Assembly: GCA_963764625.1 (NCBI GenBank)
Contig: CAVXTH010000009.1
Span: 384,001 to 448,000, forward strand
DNA length: 64,000 nucleotides
Reading direction: 5' to 3'
Origin: Candidatus Krumholzibacteriota bacterium
GTDB taxonomy: Bacteria; Krumholzibacteriota; Krumholzibacteriia; JAJRXK01
Position numbers and translations under genes: made by a program. Under the pieces are notes generated by a model that saw only the letters and a list, made by a program, of their open reading frames with translations, searched no databases and was not told the DNA's origin. This document shows, piece by piece, positions 28,770 through 38,622 of this stretch; the stretch's first letter is position 1; every line of letters starts with the position of its first letter.

Positions 28770-29495
28770 TCAGCGCCGGCGGCCCATGATGCGCAGCAGC
28801 GCCAGGAAGAGGTTGATGAAGTCGAGATAGAGCTGGAGGGCGCCGTAGACCGCTAACTTCGATCCCGCGCGTCCATGGGCTCGACCCGATTCGTGCACCC
28901 GCAAGAGGCGCTGGGTGTCGTAGGCGGTCAGTCCGGTGAAGATCAACACCGCCAGATACGAGATCGCCATCGTCAGATTGTCGCTGTGCAGGAAGAAATT
29001 CACCACCGACGCCACGATGATGCCGATGAGGCCCATGAAGAGAAACGATCCCCAGTTGGAGAGATCGCGCTTGGTGGTCATCCCGTAGAAGCTGACCGCG
29101 CCGAAGGTGCCGGCGGTGATGAAGAAGACCGAGGCGATACTGGCGCCGGTGTAGACCAGAAAGAGGGTGGAGAAGGTGACCCCGGTCAGCGCGGAATAGA
29201 GGAGGAAGATCCCCGCCGCCGCTTCGAAGGACAGCCGCTGAAACGCGGCGGCTAGGACGATCACCGCGCCCAGTTGCAGGCCGATGAGTAGCAGGAAGCG
29301 CCCCTGTCCTCCCACGAGCTGGTTCATGAGGTCCGGGTTCTGGATCATTCCCCAGGCGGTGAGGGCGGTCACCACCAGGCCCGCGCACATCCAGCCGTAG
29401 ACCTGGCTCAAGAACGAGGTGCGCGCCTCCACGCTGCTGTGGCTCAAGACGCGCTGGCGCTCCTGTAGGTCGAACGATGGGGATCCGTTCATCAT
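28770..29495 (-). CDS. Bax inhibitor-1/YccA family membrane protein
   Basis: VYGWM, YGMTTKRDLS, GLTAYDTQ, ALQLYLDFINLFL. Confidence 0.92.
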   Translation of the reverse strand: MMNGSPSFDLQERQRVLSHSSVEARTSFLSQVYGWMCAGLVVTALTAWGMIQNPDLMNQLVGGQGRFLLLIGLQLGAVIVLAAAFQRLSFEAAAGIFLLYSALTGVTFSTLFLVYTGASIASVFFITAGTFGAVSFYGMTTKRDLSNWGSFLFMGLIGIIVASVVNFFLHSDNLTMAISYLAVLIFTGLTAYDTQRLLRVHESGRAHGRAGSKLAVYGALQLYLDFINLFLALLRIMGRRR

Positions 29496-29730
29496 GACTT
29501 CCCGTCTCGGGTGGGTTTGAAGATTCCCGTAGTGCCTGAAACGCGCCACGGGCCTGAGTGTTCCCGAGTCTAGAACAGATTCTGTGGTGCACAAGCCCTG
29601 GACGCGCAAGGCACGGGCGGCCTTCGCCTTGCCGGCCTCGCCCTTTTGGCCTAGCTAGTGGGGGACTGAAATCGGTTTTCAATTCCGGGCGTCCGCGGCA
29701 TTTTCCCGGCGTCCCCAAGGAGTGATTTGC

Positions 29731-30156
29731 ATGCCGTACGATCCGCAGCTCGTGGCTCCCATGCGCGAGGAGCTCACCCGTCTCGGAGTTCAGGAATTGA
29801 CCACTGCCGCCGCAGTGGACGAGTGGATGGCTCAGAAAGAGAGCCCCGGGCTCCTCATCATCAACAGCGTCTGCGGATGCGCCGCCGGCCAAGCCCGGCC
29901 CGCCATCGCCCTGGCCATGCAGCACCCTTCGCGGCCCGCTCGCGTCGCGACCGTCTTCGCCGGACAGGACCTGGAGGCCACCGCGAAGGCGCGCTCCCAC
30001 TTTGCCGAATTCCCGCCTTCGAGCCCCAGCATGGTGATGTTCAAGGACGGCGAAATCGTGCACTTCCTGCCCCGGCACCGCATCGAGAGCCGGAACGCGC
30101 AGGAGATCGCGCAAGAGCTGGTCGAGGCGTTCCAGAAGCACTCCGTAGCCGCCTAG
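29731..30156 (+). CDS. BrxA/BrxB family bacilliredoxin
   Basis: PMREELT, INSVCGCAAG.ARP, TVFAGQD.EAT, PPSSPS, R..IE. Confidence 0.92.
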   Translation: MPYDPQLVAPMREELTRLGVQELTTAAAVDEWMAQKESPGLLIINSVCGCAAGQARPAIALAMQHPSRPARVATVFAGQDLEATAKARSHFAEFPPSSPSMVMFKDGEIVHFLPRHRIESRNAQEIAQELVEAFQKHSVAA

Positions 30157-30179
30157 CCGCTAATCCTTCGGGAGTCATT

Positions 30180-30461
30180 GTGGGCACCTTCCACCACGAC
30201 AAAGGCGAACTGCACGGAATCACCGTGGTGGTCGACACCGATGGCCCGGAGCTCTTCGTGGGACGCTGTGACATCGCCACCGCGAAGGAAGTCGTGCTCC
30301 TGGACGTCGAGGTCCACGTCGAGGGGCAAAGCGCCGACAGCCGCGACGCCTATCTCAAGCGGGTGGCGATGGTGGGGCAACGCAGCGAGCTCCCGCGCGT
30401 GGTCATTCCCAGAGACCGGGTCGTCTCCCTGCGGCGACTGGCTTCACTCGAGATTGGCTAG
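30180..30461 (+). CDS. Small Sm/LSm-like protein (93 aa)
   Basis: GGAG then GTG at 30180, in frame with ORF 29727; Sm1-like GITVVVDT....FVG......VVLLDV and Sm2-like VVIPRDRVVSL. Confidence 0.6.
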   Translation: MGTFHHDKGELHGITVVVDTDGPELFVGRCDIATAKEVVLLDVEVHVEGQSADSRDAYLKRVAMVGQRSELPRVVIPRDRVVSLRRLASLEIG

Positions 30462-30517
30462 GGACCCGCGCTCTCCCCGGCAGGGGAGCGCGGCAGGAAG
30501 GCGAGGCCGGGTCACAG

Positions 30518-30545
30518 AAAAGGCGGAGCCGCACTCGGCCCCGCC
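30518..30545 (-). terminator. Rho-independent terminator of the peroxiredoxin gene
   Basis: Minus strand GGCGGGGCCG-AGTG-CGGCTCCGCC followed by TTTT, ~30 nt after the stop. Confidence 0.7.
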
Positions 30546-30572
30546 CAGGAAGAATGAATTTCGAGTCGTCTC

Positions 30573-31160
30573 TCAGTGGCTGCTGAGATACTCCGCCATG
30601 CCCTCCGAACTCGCCGTCATCGTATCTTTGCCCTCATCCCAGCCGGCCGGGCATACCTCGCCCTCGTGGCTGGTGACGTATTGGAAGGCCTTCAGCAAGC
30701 GGAGCGCTTCTTTCGCGCTGCGACCCACCGAAAGATTGTTGACCGTTTCCTGCATCACGGTGCCATCGGGGCTGATGAGGAAGAGGCCGCGCAGCGCAAC
30801 CCCCGAACTCTCCAGCAGCACCCCGTAATTGGCGGCCGTCGACTTCGTGACGTCCGCGAGAAGGGGATAGTCGAGGCTTCCGCCTAGTGCGCCATCCTCG
30901 GACTTTCCGTCCACCCAAGCCTTGTGGACAAACTTGCTGTCGATGGAGACTCCGAAAAGCGCGCAATTCAACTTGCGAAACTCCGGGGCCATCTTGCTGA
31001 ACTCGAGAACTTCCGTGGGACACACGAAAGTGAAGTCGAGGGGGTAGTACAGCAGGTAGACCCACTTGCCCCGGTAATCACTGAGCTTGAAGGTCTCGAA
31101 GTTCTTGTTGAAGTAGCCCTCGAGAGTGAAATCCGGGGCTTGCTTGCCGACCAGGGACAT
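30573..31160 (-). CDS. ahpC: Typical 2-Cys peroxiredoxin (AhpC/Prx1)
   Basis: YPLDFTFVCPTE and EVCPAGW. Confidence 0.93.
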   Translation of the reverse strand: MSLVGKQAPDFTLEGYFNKNFETFKLSDYRGKWVYLLYYPLDFTFVCPTEVLEFSKMAPEFRKLNCALFGVSIDSKFVHKAWVDGKSEDGALGGSLDYPLLADVTKSTAANYGVLLESSGVALRGLFLISPDGTVMQETVNNLSVGRSAKEALRLLKAFQYVTSHEGEVCPAGWDEGKDTMTASSEGMAEYLSSH

Positions 31161-31404
31161 ACATGCATCCTCCTGTGAGTACCGTCTAGGAGCGGTGGCA
31201 TCGGCCAGGGTAAGGACGATTCACCGGACCCGCAAGGCTTCCAGCAATCGAACTCCACCAGTAGAAGAGCTTGTCACACCTCGGTTCATTTGCCACATTC
31301 TTCGGTGAGCTCTTCGGGACGGGAGTGCGACGCTCGTTTGGAGCGCAACCCGACCGTGCTTAGAGATCCACGCTCTGCTTTCTTCTCCAGGATATGGAGA
31401 CGAG

Positions 31405-32739
31405 ATGATGGACACTGCCCTCTCGGTTCACCGGTTCCACTTCGCCTTCACCGTTACCTACCACTATCTCTTTCCCCAGCTCACCATGGGATTGGCGTTG
31501 CTCATCTTTCTCATGAAGAGTCTGGCACTCAAGACCGGAAACGAAGAGTGGAATCGCGCCGCGCGTTTTTGGATTCGACTTTTCGCCATCAACTTCGCCA
31601 TGGGAGTGGTGACCGGAATTCCTCTGGAATTCCAATTTGGCACCAACTGGTCGCGATTCTCGGTTTTCGCCGGCGGTGTCATTGGACAGAGTCTCGCCAT
31701 GGAAGGGGTCTTCGCCTTCTTCCTCGAGTCGAGCTTTCTCGGAGTTCTACTCTTCGGCGAAAAGAAGTTCGGGCCGCGAGGACATTGGGTCGCTTCGCTG
31801 CTGGTCTTCGTCGGTTCGTGGCTCTCGGGTTATTTCATCGTCATCACCGACGCGTGGATGCAGTATCCACAGGGCTATCAGTTGCTAAAGAGCGGCGGCG
31901 TCGCCCTCACCAGTTTGGGACAATTCCTCCTGAATCCCTGGGGGCTCTGGCAGTTCCTCCACACCATGATGGGGACGACGGTCACCGCCGCAGTGTTCGT
32001 GAGTGCCACCGGGGCATTCTATCTGTTGCAGGGACGTGAAGTGGAGGACGCCCGACGCTTTCTGCGCTTGGGAGTACCGGTGGGATTGATCGCCGCCCTC
32101 GCCCTCGCATTTCCCACCGGAGATTTTCAGGCGCGCATGGTGGCCAAGCATCAGCCGACCGCGCTTGCCGCCATGGAGGGTCTGTTCGAGAGCGAAGAGG
32201 GTGCGCCTCTGGTGCTGATCGGGCAGCCCGACGTAGAGCGCAGGAGTCTGGACAATCCGCTGAAGCTGCCGTGGGCGCTCAGCTTCCTCACCACGAGCCG
32301 GCTGCGGGCCGAAGTTCCCGGTCTGAGTTCGTTTCCCGTTGAGGATTGGCCCGACAACATCCCTCTGCTCTACTACGCCTATCACATCATGGTCGGGTTG
32401 GGCACGCTCTTCATCCTGCTCCTGGGAGCGAGCGCCTTTTGGCTGTGGCGGGGGAAGCTCTTCCACAACCGCTTCTTCTTGTGGGCGCTCATGATCCTCT
32501 TTCCCTTTCCCTACATCACCAACACCGCTGGATGGCTCACCGCCGAACTCGGCCGGCAGCCCTGGCTCGTGTATGGACTTCTGCGCACCCAGGACGGATA
32601 TAGCGACACCGTCTCGGCCGGAAACGGCATCTTCACCCTCTTGGGCTTCATGGGAATGTACACGCTCCTTTCGCTACTCTTCATTCTCTTGATGTGGCGT
32701 GAGATCCAGCGTGGTCCTTCCTGCGAGCTCTCGCACTGA
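31405..32739 (+). CDS. cydA: Cytochrome bd ubiquinol oxidase subunit I
   Basis: FAFT..YHYLFP.LTMG, NFAMGVVTG..LEFQFGTNW, QP..LAAMEG, GWLTAELGRQPW. Confidence 0.95.
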   Translation: MMDTALSVHRFHFAFTVTYHYLFPQLTMGLALLIFLMKSLALKTGNEEWNRAARFWIRLFAINFAMGVVTGIPLEFQFGTNWSRFSVFAGGVIGQSLAMEGVFAFFLESSFLGVLLFGEKKFGPRGHWVASLLVFVGSWLSGYFIVITDAWMQYPQGYQLLKSGGVALTSLGQFLLNPWGLWQFLHTMMGTTVTAAVFVSATGAFYLLQGREVEDARRFLRLGVPVGLIAALALAFPTGDFQARMVAKHQPTALAAMEGLFESEEGAPLVLIGQPDVERRSLDNPLKLPWALSFLTTSRLRAEVPGLSSFPVEDWPDNIPLLYYAYHIMVGLGTLFILLLGASAFWLWRGKLFHNRFFLWALMILFPFPYITNTAGWLTAELGRQPWLVYGLLRTQDGYSDTVSAGNGIFTLLGFMGMYTLLSLLFILLMWREIQRGPSCELSH

Positions 32740-33788
32740 TGGAGGGGATTCATTTGCAGACGATCTGGTTCTGTTTCGTGGCGTTCATGCTCGTGATGTA
32801 CGTGCTTCTCGACGGCTTCGACTTGGGAGTGGGAATTCTGCACCGTTACGTGGCTCGCAGCGATGACGAACGCCGTCTCGCGTTGGCTTCGATCGGACCG
32901 GTGTGGGACGGGAACGAAGTGTGGTTGTTGGCTGCGGGGGGAACTCTTTATTTCGCATTCCCTCTGCTTTATGCCAGCGCGTTCAGCGGGTTCTACCTGC
33001 CTCTGAACATGGTGCTGTGGCTCTTGATGGGGCGCGGAGTTTCCATCGAACTGCGCTCGCATCTTCAGGCGCCGATTTGGCGTTCGCTCTGGGACTCGAT
33101 CTTCGTTCTGAGCTCATTGCTGCTGGCGCTCTTCTTCGGAGTGGCGTTGGGCAACGTCGTGCGTGGCGTTCCGCTGGACGCTTCGGGGAGATTCTTTGCC
33201 CCCATGTGGTTGGGGGGCCGGCACACGGTGGGAGTGCTCGATGGGTATACCGTCCTGGTGGGTCTGGCCGCGGTGAGCGCACTCGCTCTGCAGGGGGCGA
33301 GCTGGCTGCATCTGAAAACCGCTGGCGCCATGCAGCAGAGGGCTTTGCGAGCGATCGGAATTCTCGCGTGGACGCAACTGGTTCTCACCCTCCTCGTAAC
33401 GGCTTACACCTTCAGGATCCAGCCGGTGATCCTGCGCCACCTCACGGCGCACCCTTGGCGCCTGGTGTTTCCGCTCCTGGCTCTGGGAAGTCTCGTGGCG
33501 CTCTTCCTCTACCCCCGCCGCGGCCGCGAGAGGGCGACGTTCTACGCCTCCTGCGCCTATCTGACCGGCATGATGGGAGCGGTGGTGGCGGGGGTCTATC
33601 CGGTGGTTCTTCCGGCGCTGGGGGGAGAAGAGCTGAGTCTCACCATTCGCAACGCGGCGGCTCCGCTGTCGGGTCTGCGCTTGGGCCTCTACTGGTGGAT
33701 TCCGGGGGTCCTCATCGCCGTGGCCTACTCGAGCTGGATGTATCGTAAGTACGCCGGCAAGGTACTCTTGGACGATTCCAAATACTGA
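32739..33788 (+). CDS. cydB: Cytochrome bd ubiquinol oxidase subunit II
   Basis: YVLLDGFDLGVG, IGPVWDGNEVWL, FAFP..YA..FSG.Y; 1-nt overlap with cydA. Confidence 0.95.
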   Translation: MEGIHLQTIWFCFVAFMLVMYVLLDGFDLGVGILHRYVARSDDERRLALASIGPVWDGNEVWLLAAGGTLYFAFPLLYASAFSGFYLPLNMVLWLLMGRGVSIELRSHLQAPIWRSLWDSIFVLSSLLLALFFGVALGNVVRGVPLDASGRFFAPMWLGGRHTVGVLDGYTVLVGLAAVSALALQGASWLHLKTAGAMQQRALRAIGILAWTQLVLTLLVTAYTFRIQPVILRHLTAHPWRLVFPLLALGSLVALFLYPRRGRERATFYASCAYLTGMMGAVVAGVYPVVLPALGGEELSLTIRNAAAPLSGLRLGLYWWIPGVLIAVAYSSWMYRKYAGKVLLDDSKY

Positions 33789-33846
33789 GGTCCGGATCGC
33801 TCTCACCACACCGCTCACAGTGCGGCGAGAATTCTCTTTCAGCGCC

Positions 33847-35379
33847 TCAGGAGCCGGCCAGAGGACCGACTCTCTCCTGCACCGCGGAGAGGATCTCTCC
33901 ACTCTTGACCAATGCGGACATCGCGTTGTGATCATTGAAGAGGGGTCGATCCTCCTCCAGATGATCGACGTGTTTCCGAATCGCATCGCGCGCGGCCTGG
34001 CACCCCACGCCCGGCGTCCACTCGCGAAAGTCGAGCGCCTGCGCGGCCGCGAGGAACTCGATGCCGAGCACCCCGTAGGCGTTATCCATGATCTGCCGGG
34101 TTTTCAGCGCGGTGTTCATTCCCATGCTCACGAAGTCCTCTTGATCGGCTGCGGCCGGGATGCTCTGGGTGCAGGCCGGGGTGGCCAAGATCCGCTGTTC
34201 CACGATGAGCGCGTCGGCGGTGTATTGGCTGAGCATCAGACCGCTGTACATCCCCGCGCCCTTGGTCAAGAAGGCGGGAAGTCCGTCCGACAACTTGGGA
34301 TTGAGCAAGCGGTTGAGCCGGCGTTCGCTGAGCACGCAAATCATGGTGATGGCCGCGCCGAGACCTTCCATGGGCAGAGAGACGGGGGTTCCCTGGAAAT
34401 TGGCGCCGGTGAGCACCGTATTCTCCTCAGGGAGAAAGATGGGATTGTCTCCCACCCCGTTCAGCTCGATTTCGATCTGCTCCTTGGTCCAGCGGAGCTG
34501 ATCGCGAGCGGCGCCGATGACTTGAGGGGTGCTGCGCATGCTGTAGGCGTCCTGAACTTTCACCTTCAACTTCGTGCCATCGGCGAGATCACCTCCGGCC
34601 AACACTCTCTGCAGGTTCCCGGCCGAGACGACGGCGCCCTTGAAGCCACGTAATTCGTGCAGGCGGCGGTCGTAGGGCCTCAGGTTCGCCCCTAGGGCGT
34701 CGAGGCTCATCGCCGCCGCGATCTCGGCCTGTTTCAACCACTCTTCGGTCTCGTGCGCCACCAGAGCGGAGATCGCGGTGAGGAGATTGGATCCGTTGAT
34801 CGCGGCCAGACCGTCGCGAGCTTGCAGACCCGGCACTTCGATTGCGGCTTGGGCCAGAGCCTGGCGGGTCGGCATGCGCTGGCCCCGGTAGTATGACTCG
34901 CCTTCGCCCATCAGAGAGAGCGCGATCTGGCTCATCGGAGCAAGGTCGCCGCACGCGCCGACGCTGCCCTTTTCGCAGACGACCGGCGTTACGCCCCGGT
35001 TGAGCATGTCCAGGTAGGTTTGAGTGATGACGGGGCGGCAGCCGGAGTTTCCGTGCGCGTGGACGTTGACCCGAGCCAGCATGGCCGCTCGAACGTGGTC
35101 CACCGGGGCGGGGTCGCCGATCCCCGCCGAGTGGTTGTAGATGAGATACCGCTGGAACATCTGCACCTGTGCGGGCTCGAGCGCGACGCTCGCGAGCTCT
35201 CCGATGCCGGTGTTCACCCCGTACATGACCTCGCCCTCTTCCATCTTCCGCTCGAGCAGCTCGCGGCAATCCCGAATGCGCTCGATAGCATCGGGAGAGA
35301 GTGCGATCGTCTCTCCATGTCGAGCCACGCGGACCACTTGTTCGATGCTCAGATCCTTGCCGGTGAGTACGAGGGTCAT
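33847..35379 (-). CDS. hutH: Histidine/aromatic amino acid ammonia-lyase (HutH-like)
   Basis: YGVNTGIG, GSVGACGDLAP, GLAAING, QDAYSMR..PQV.GA, DNP, NFQG, QEDFVSMG. Confidence 0.8.
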   Translation of the reverse strand: MTLVLTGKDLSIEQVVRVARHGETIALSPDAIERIRDCRELLERKMEEGEVMYGVNTGIGELASVALEPAQVQMFQRYLIYNHSAGIGDPAPVDHVRAAMLARVNVHAHGNSGCRPVITQTYLDMLNRGVTPVVCEKGSVGACGDLAPMSQIALSLMGEGESYYRGQRMPTRQALAQAAIEVPGLQARDGLAAINGSNLLTAISALVAHETEEWLKQAEIAAAMSLDALGANLRPYDRRLHELRGFKGAVVSAGNLQRVLAGGDLADGTKLKVKVQDAYSMRSTPQVIGAARDQLRWTKEQIEIELNGVGDNPIFLPEENTVLTGANFQGTPVSLPMEGLGAAITMICVLSERRLNRLLNPKLSDGLPAFLTKGAGMYSGLMLSQYTADALIVEQRILATPACTQSIPAAADQEDFVSMGMNTALKTRQIMDNAYGVLGIEFLAAAQALDFREWTPGVGCQAARDAIRKHVDHLEEDRPLFNDHNAMSALVKSGEILSAVQERVGPLAGS

Positions 35380-35518
35380 GATCACTCCCGAAGACTCGTC
35401 GATGGGTTTGCGTGGGGTTCTGGCGACGTCGCCCCGTCCGGCTCAAGCCTACTCAGTCGGAGCGGCGCTCACAAGGGTAACTCAGAACTCCCCGGACGGT
35501 GCGTCGTGGCGCCCCAGG

Positions 35519-35527
35519 TGCTAGAAT
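35519..35527 (+). promoter_or_regulatory. Putative extended -10 promoter of gpmA
   Basis: TGcTAGAAT about 50 nt upstream of the gpmA start. Confidence 0.4.
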
Positions 35528-35576
35528 GGACAGAGCAAACTGTCGATCACGCCCACCTTTCCCGAAGGGAATGGAT

Positions 35577-36326
35577 ATGCACACGCTGGTGCTACTCCGT
35601 CACGGTCAGAGCACTTGGAATCTGGAGAACCGCTTCACCGGTTGGACCGATGTCGATCTCACCGAGAAGGGGATCGCCGAGGCCATTCAATCCGGACGGC
35701 TTTTGCAGCAAGAGGCTTACGATTTCGATTTGATCTATACCTCGGTTCTCACCCGCGCGATCAAAACGATGTGGCTGGTCATGGAGCAAATGGACCGCAT
35801 GTGGCTGCCGGTCATCCGGCACTGGAGACTGAACGAACGTCACTATGGGGCTTTGCAGGGTCTGAACAAAGCGGAAACGGCGGAGAAACACGGCGAAGAG
35901 CAGGTCATGCTGTGGCGACGCAGCTATGCCACTCCACCGCCGGCGCTGGAAAAGAGCGACAAGCGATGGCCCGGGCACGATCGCCGTTACGCGTCGCTTT
36001 CCCCCGAGGAGATCCCGTGCACCGAGAGCCTGGAACTCACGGTGAAGCGCTTTCTTCCGCTTTGGCACCAGGAAATCGCGCCGCAGGTCAAGAGGGGAAA
36101 GCGGTTGCTTCTCGTCGCTCACGGAAACAGTCTGCGCGCCCTGGTGAAATTCCTCGATCTCATCTCTGAGGAGGAAATCGTGTCCCTCAACATCCCCACC
36201 GGGGTTCCTCTGGTCTACGAACTCGACGAAGAGTTGAAGCCGCGAGCACACTATTATCTGGGAGACCCGGACGAAATCGCGGCTGCGGCCCAGGCGGTGG
36301 CGGATCAGGCGAAGAAGAAGAGCTGA
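35577..36326 (+). CDS. gpmA: 2,3-bisphosphoglycerate-dependent phosphoglycerate mutase
   Basis: [48 protein letters not shown]. Confidence 0.96.
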   Translation: MHTLVLLRHGQSTWNLENRFTGWTDVDLTEKGIAEAIQSGRLLQQEAYDFDLIYTSVLTRAIKTMWLVMEQMDRMWLPVIRHWRLNERHYGALQGLNKAETAEKHGEEQVMLWRRSYATPPPALEKSDKRWPGHDRRYASLSPEEIPCTESLELTVKRFLPLWHQEIAPQVKRGKRLLLVAHGNSLRALVKFLDLISEEEIVSLNIPTGVPLVYELDEELKPRAHYYLGDPDEIAAAAQAVADQAKKKS

Positions 36327-36336
36327 AGGAGAGCGC

Positions 36337-38562
36337 TCAGGTCTCGAGCCACACTTCCACCGACTTGAACGCGGGAGTGCGCGAGCGGGAGTCGAGGGTT
36401 CGCGGAACCAGAACGTTAGCTTCCGGATAGTACATGGCCATGTTCCCGGGGGGCAGATCGGCTTCCCATGCGACCGCCTCCATCGTGCCCGTGCGGGAGA
36501 GGACGCGGATCCGCTGGCCTCGGCGTAGATCGAGACGTCGAAGATCGCTCTCCGCCATCAGAGCGGCGTTGCGGGGCGCGGCCCGGCGGTAGAGGTCGGT
36601 TTCCTCGTAGACCACTGAATTGAACTGCCCTTCGCTGCGCAAGGTCATGAGGCGGAAATGACCCGGGGCACAATGCCATTCGGGCAGAGCAATCGCGTGG
36701 AAATGAGCTTTCTCGTCGGGAGTGGCGAAGGTGGGTCGGTGGAAAGTGCGTCCCGCGATCTGGAACTCCTTTCCATCCACGCCCAGTCTGCCGATCGCTC
36801 GATACCCGGGGACCGCTTTCGCGATGCTCTCGCGCAGTGACTGATGGTTTCGCAGCTCGCCCCAATCGAATCGGCCCTCCGGAAGAATCCGCTGGGCGAG
36901 AGAGGCCAGGATCTGGACTTCCCCGCGGGCTCCTCGACCGTTCTCCAACGAGTGCTTTCTCTCATTGCTTCTTCCGAGCCCGTCCGCGCTCGAGCGTTCT
37001 CCGCCCATGCTCAGGCGCACGAAATTGAACATGCTCTCCTGACTGGTCGCCTGACGCTCCTCGTCACGCGCCAATGCTGGAAGAACCAGGGTTTCCCGTC
37101 CGCGTCCGGACACGTGCCCGGTGTTCAACTTGGTGGAGACCTCCACTAGCAGGGGAATCTTGTTCAGCGCCTCCGCGGCCCAGCTCGAGTCCGGATTGGC
37201 GCCGAAGAGGTTGCCTCCCAAGAGAAGGGCCGCGTCGATCTCTCCCCGGTGGGCCGCCTCCATGCACGCGTAGGTGTCCAGCCCGGCCGGCATCGAGGCG
37301 GGAACCTGGTAGAGCTCTTCGAGTTTTTCAGCGAAGGCTTTCTTCAGCGCGGGGGTTACACCGACCGAGCCCACTCCCTGGACGTTGGAATGGCCGCGAA
37401 TGGGCAGGAGCCCACAACCGGGACGGCCCAACCAACCACGCGCCAGAGCCAAATTGGCCACGGCCAAAATGTTGTCGACGCCGAAGGCATGGTGTGTGAG
37501 TCCCATTGCCCACAGAAGAATTCCCCTCCTGGCCTCGCAGAGCATTTCCACCGCGCGCTCGATCAAGTAGGGGTCGACGCCGCACGCCTGGTAAAGATCA
37601 CCCCATGAAGTCGCCTCCAGATCTTCACGCATCTCGTCGAAGCCATGCGTGTAGTGTTCGACGTAGGTCCTGTCGAGCCCGCCGCGTTCGAGCACTCCCT
37701 TGAGGAGAGCCTTGAGCAGGGCGATGTCGCTCCCCACGTGTGGTTGCAGGTAGAGACTCGCGATCTGCGATCCGAAGAAGAGACTGCGTAAGTCACTGGG
37801 TACTCTAAACCGGGTCAGCCCGAGCTCTTTCAGCGGGTTGATGACGATGACCTGGCCACCCCGCCGTCGCAATTGCATGAGCTGCGTGATTAGACGGGGA
37901 TGATTCGAAGCCGGGTTGGCGCCGATGACGACGGCGAGGTCACAGCGCTCGAGATCGCCGAGCACCACGCTAGCGGTTCCCGACCCGTAGACCTTGCTCA
38001 GCGCCACTCCGCTGGCCTGATGACAGTAGTACGAGCAGTTGTTGACGTTGTTCGTACCGTAGGAGCGCGCCAACAGTTGCAGCAAGAAAGCGGCTTCGTT
38101 GGAGGATCGTCCACTGGCATAGAAGAACGTCCTGTGCGGTTGGCTCCTCTGGAACGCACGCGCCGCCGTCTGCAAGGCGTCTTCCCAGGAGATGCGTTGG
38201 TAGTGGGAGTCAGCCGCGCCCGCCACGATGGGGAAGGAGAGACGGCCCATCCCTTCCAGCTGCGCGGAACTCATCGAGGCCATGGCGCGCAGCGAGGTCT
38301 GTTTGAAGAAGCTCTCGGGAATGGCGTCCGCCAAATCGCCCGCCACCGCCTGGACCGACTTCTTGCATACGGAGGGGAAATGGCCCGACTCGTCGACCAT
38401 CCCTCCCGACAGTCCACCCATTCCCAGGGCGCAGGTCTTACATGTGTTCTTTCCGCGGAGGCGTTTCCAGAGAGGGATCAGCCCCCCGGCCTTCTTCGCT
38501 TGGGCGAAGACGTAAGCAATGGCAGGGAAGCCGCCGGCCGCGTCCGGAGTTCGCTGAAACAT
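36337..38562 (-). CDS. FdhF/YdeP family molybdopterin oxidoreductase
   Basis: CKTCALGMGG, SGRSSNEAAF, NCSYYCHQASG, NPASNHPR, WAMGLTHH, RGHSNVQG, TLRSEGQFNS. Confidence 0.9.
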   Translation of the reverse strand: MFQRTPDAAGGFPAIAYVFAQAKKAGGLIPLWKRLRGKNTCKTCALGMGGLSGGMVDESGHFPSVCKKSVQAVAGDLADAIPESFFKQTSLRAMASMSSAQLEGMGRLSFPIVAGAADSHYQRISWEDALQTAARAFQRSQPHRTFFYASGRSSNEAAFLLQLLARSYGTNNVNNCSYYCHQASGVALSKVYGSGTASVVLGDLERCDLAVVIGANPASNHPRLITQLMQLRRRGGQVIVINPLKELGLTRFRVPSDLRSLFFGSQIASLYLQPHVGSDIALLKALLKGVLERGGLDRTYVEHYTHGFDEMREDLEATSWGDLYQACGVDPYLIERAVEMLCEARRGILLWAMGLTHHAFGVDNILAVANLALARGWLGRPGCGLLPIRGHSNVQGVGSVGVTPALKKAFAEKLEELYQVPASMPAGLDTYACMEAAHRGEIDAALLLGGNLFGANPDSSWAAEALNKIPLLVEVSTKLNTGHVSGRGRETLVLPALARDEERQATSQESMFNFVRLSMGGERSSADGLGRSNERKHSLENGRGARGEVQILASLAQRILPEGRFDWGELRNHQSLRESIAKAVPGYRAIGRLGVDGKEFQIAGRTFHRPTFATPDEKAHFHAIALPEWHCAPGHFRLMTLRSEGQFNSVVYEETDLYRRAAPRNAALMAESDLRRLDLRRGQRIRVLSRTGTMEAVAWEADLPPGNMAMYYPEANVLVPRTLDSRSRTPAFKSVEVWLET

Positions 38563-38622
38563 GGATGGAGGACTACCTCCGATTCCTCGAGCTTGGGGGG
38601 TTCTCTCCCGCGCGCGGTGGGG

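Noticed and set aside
28108-30141. 677-aa minus-strand ORF
   Set aside because: Overlaps three well-supported genes (GSDH, BI-1, Brx) and has Arg/Gly/Pro-rich non-coding composition
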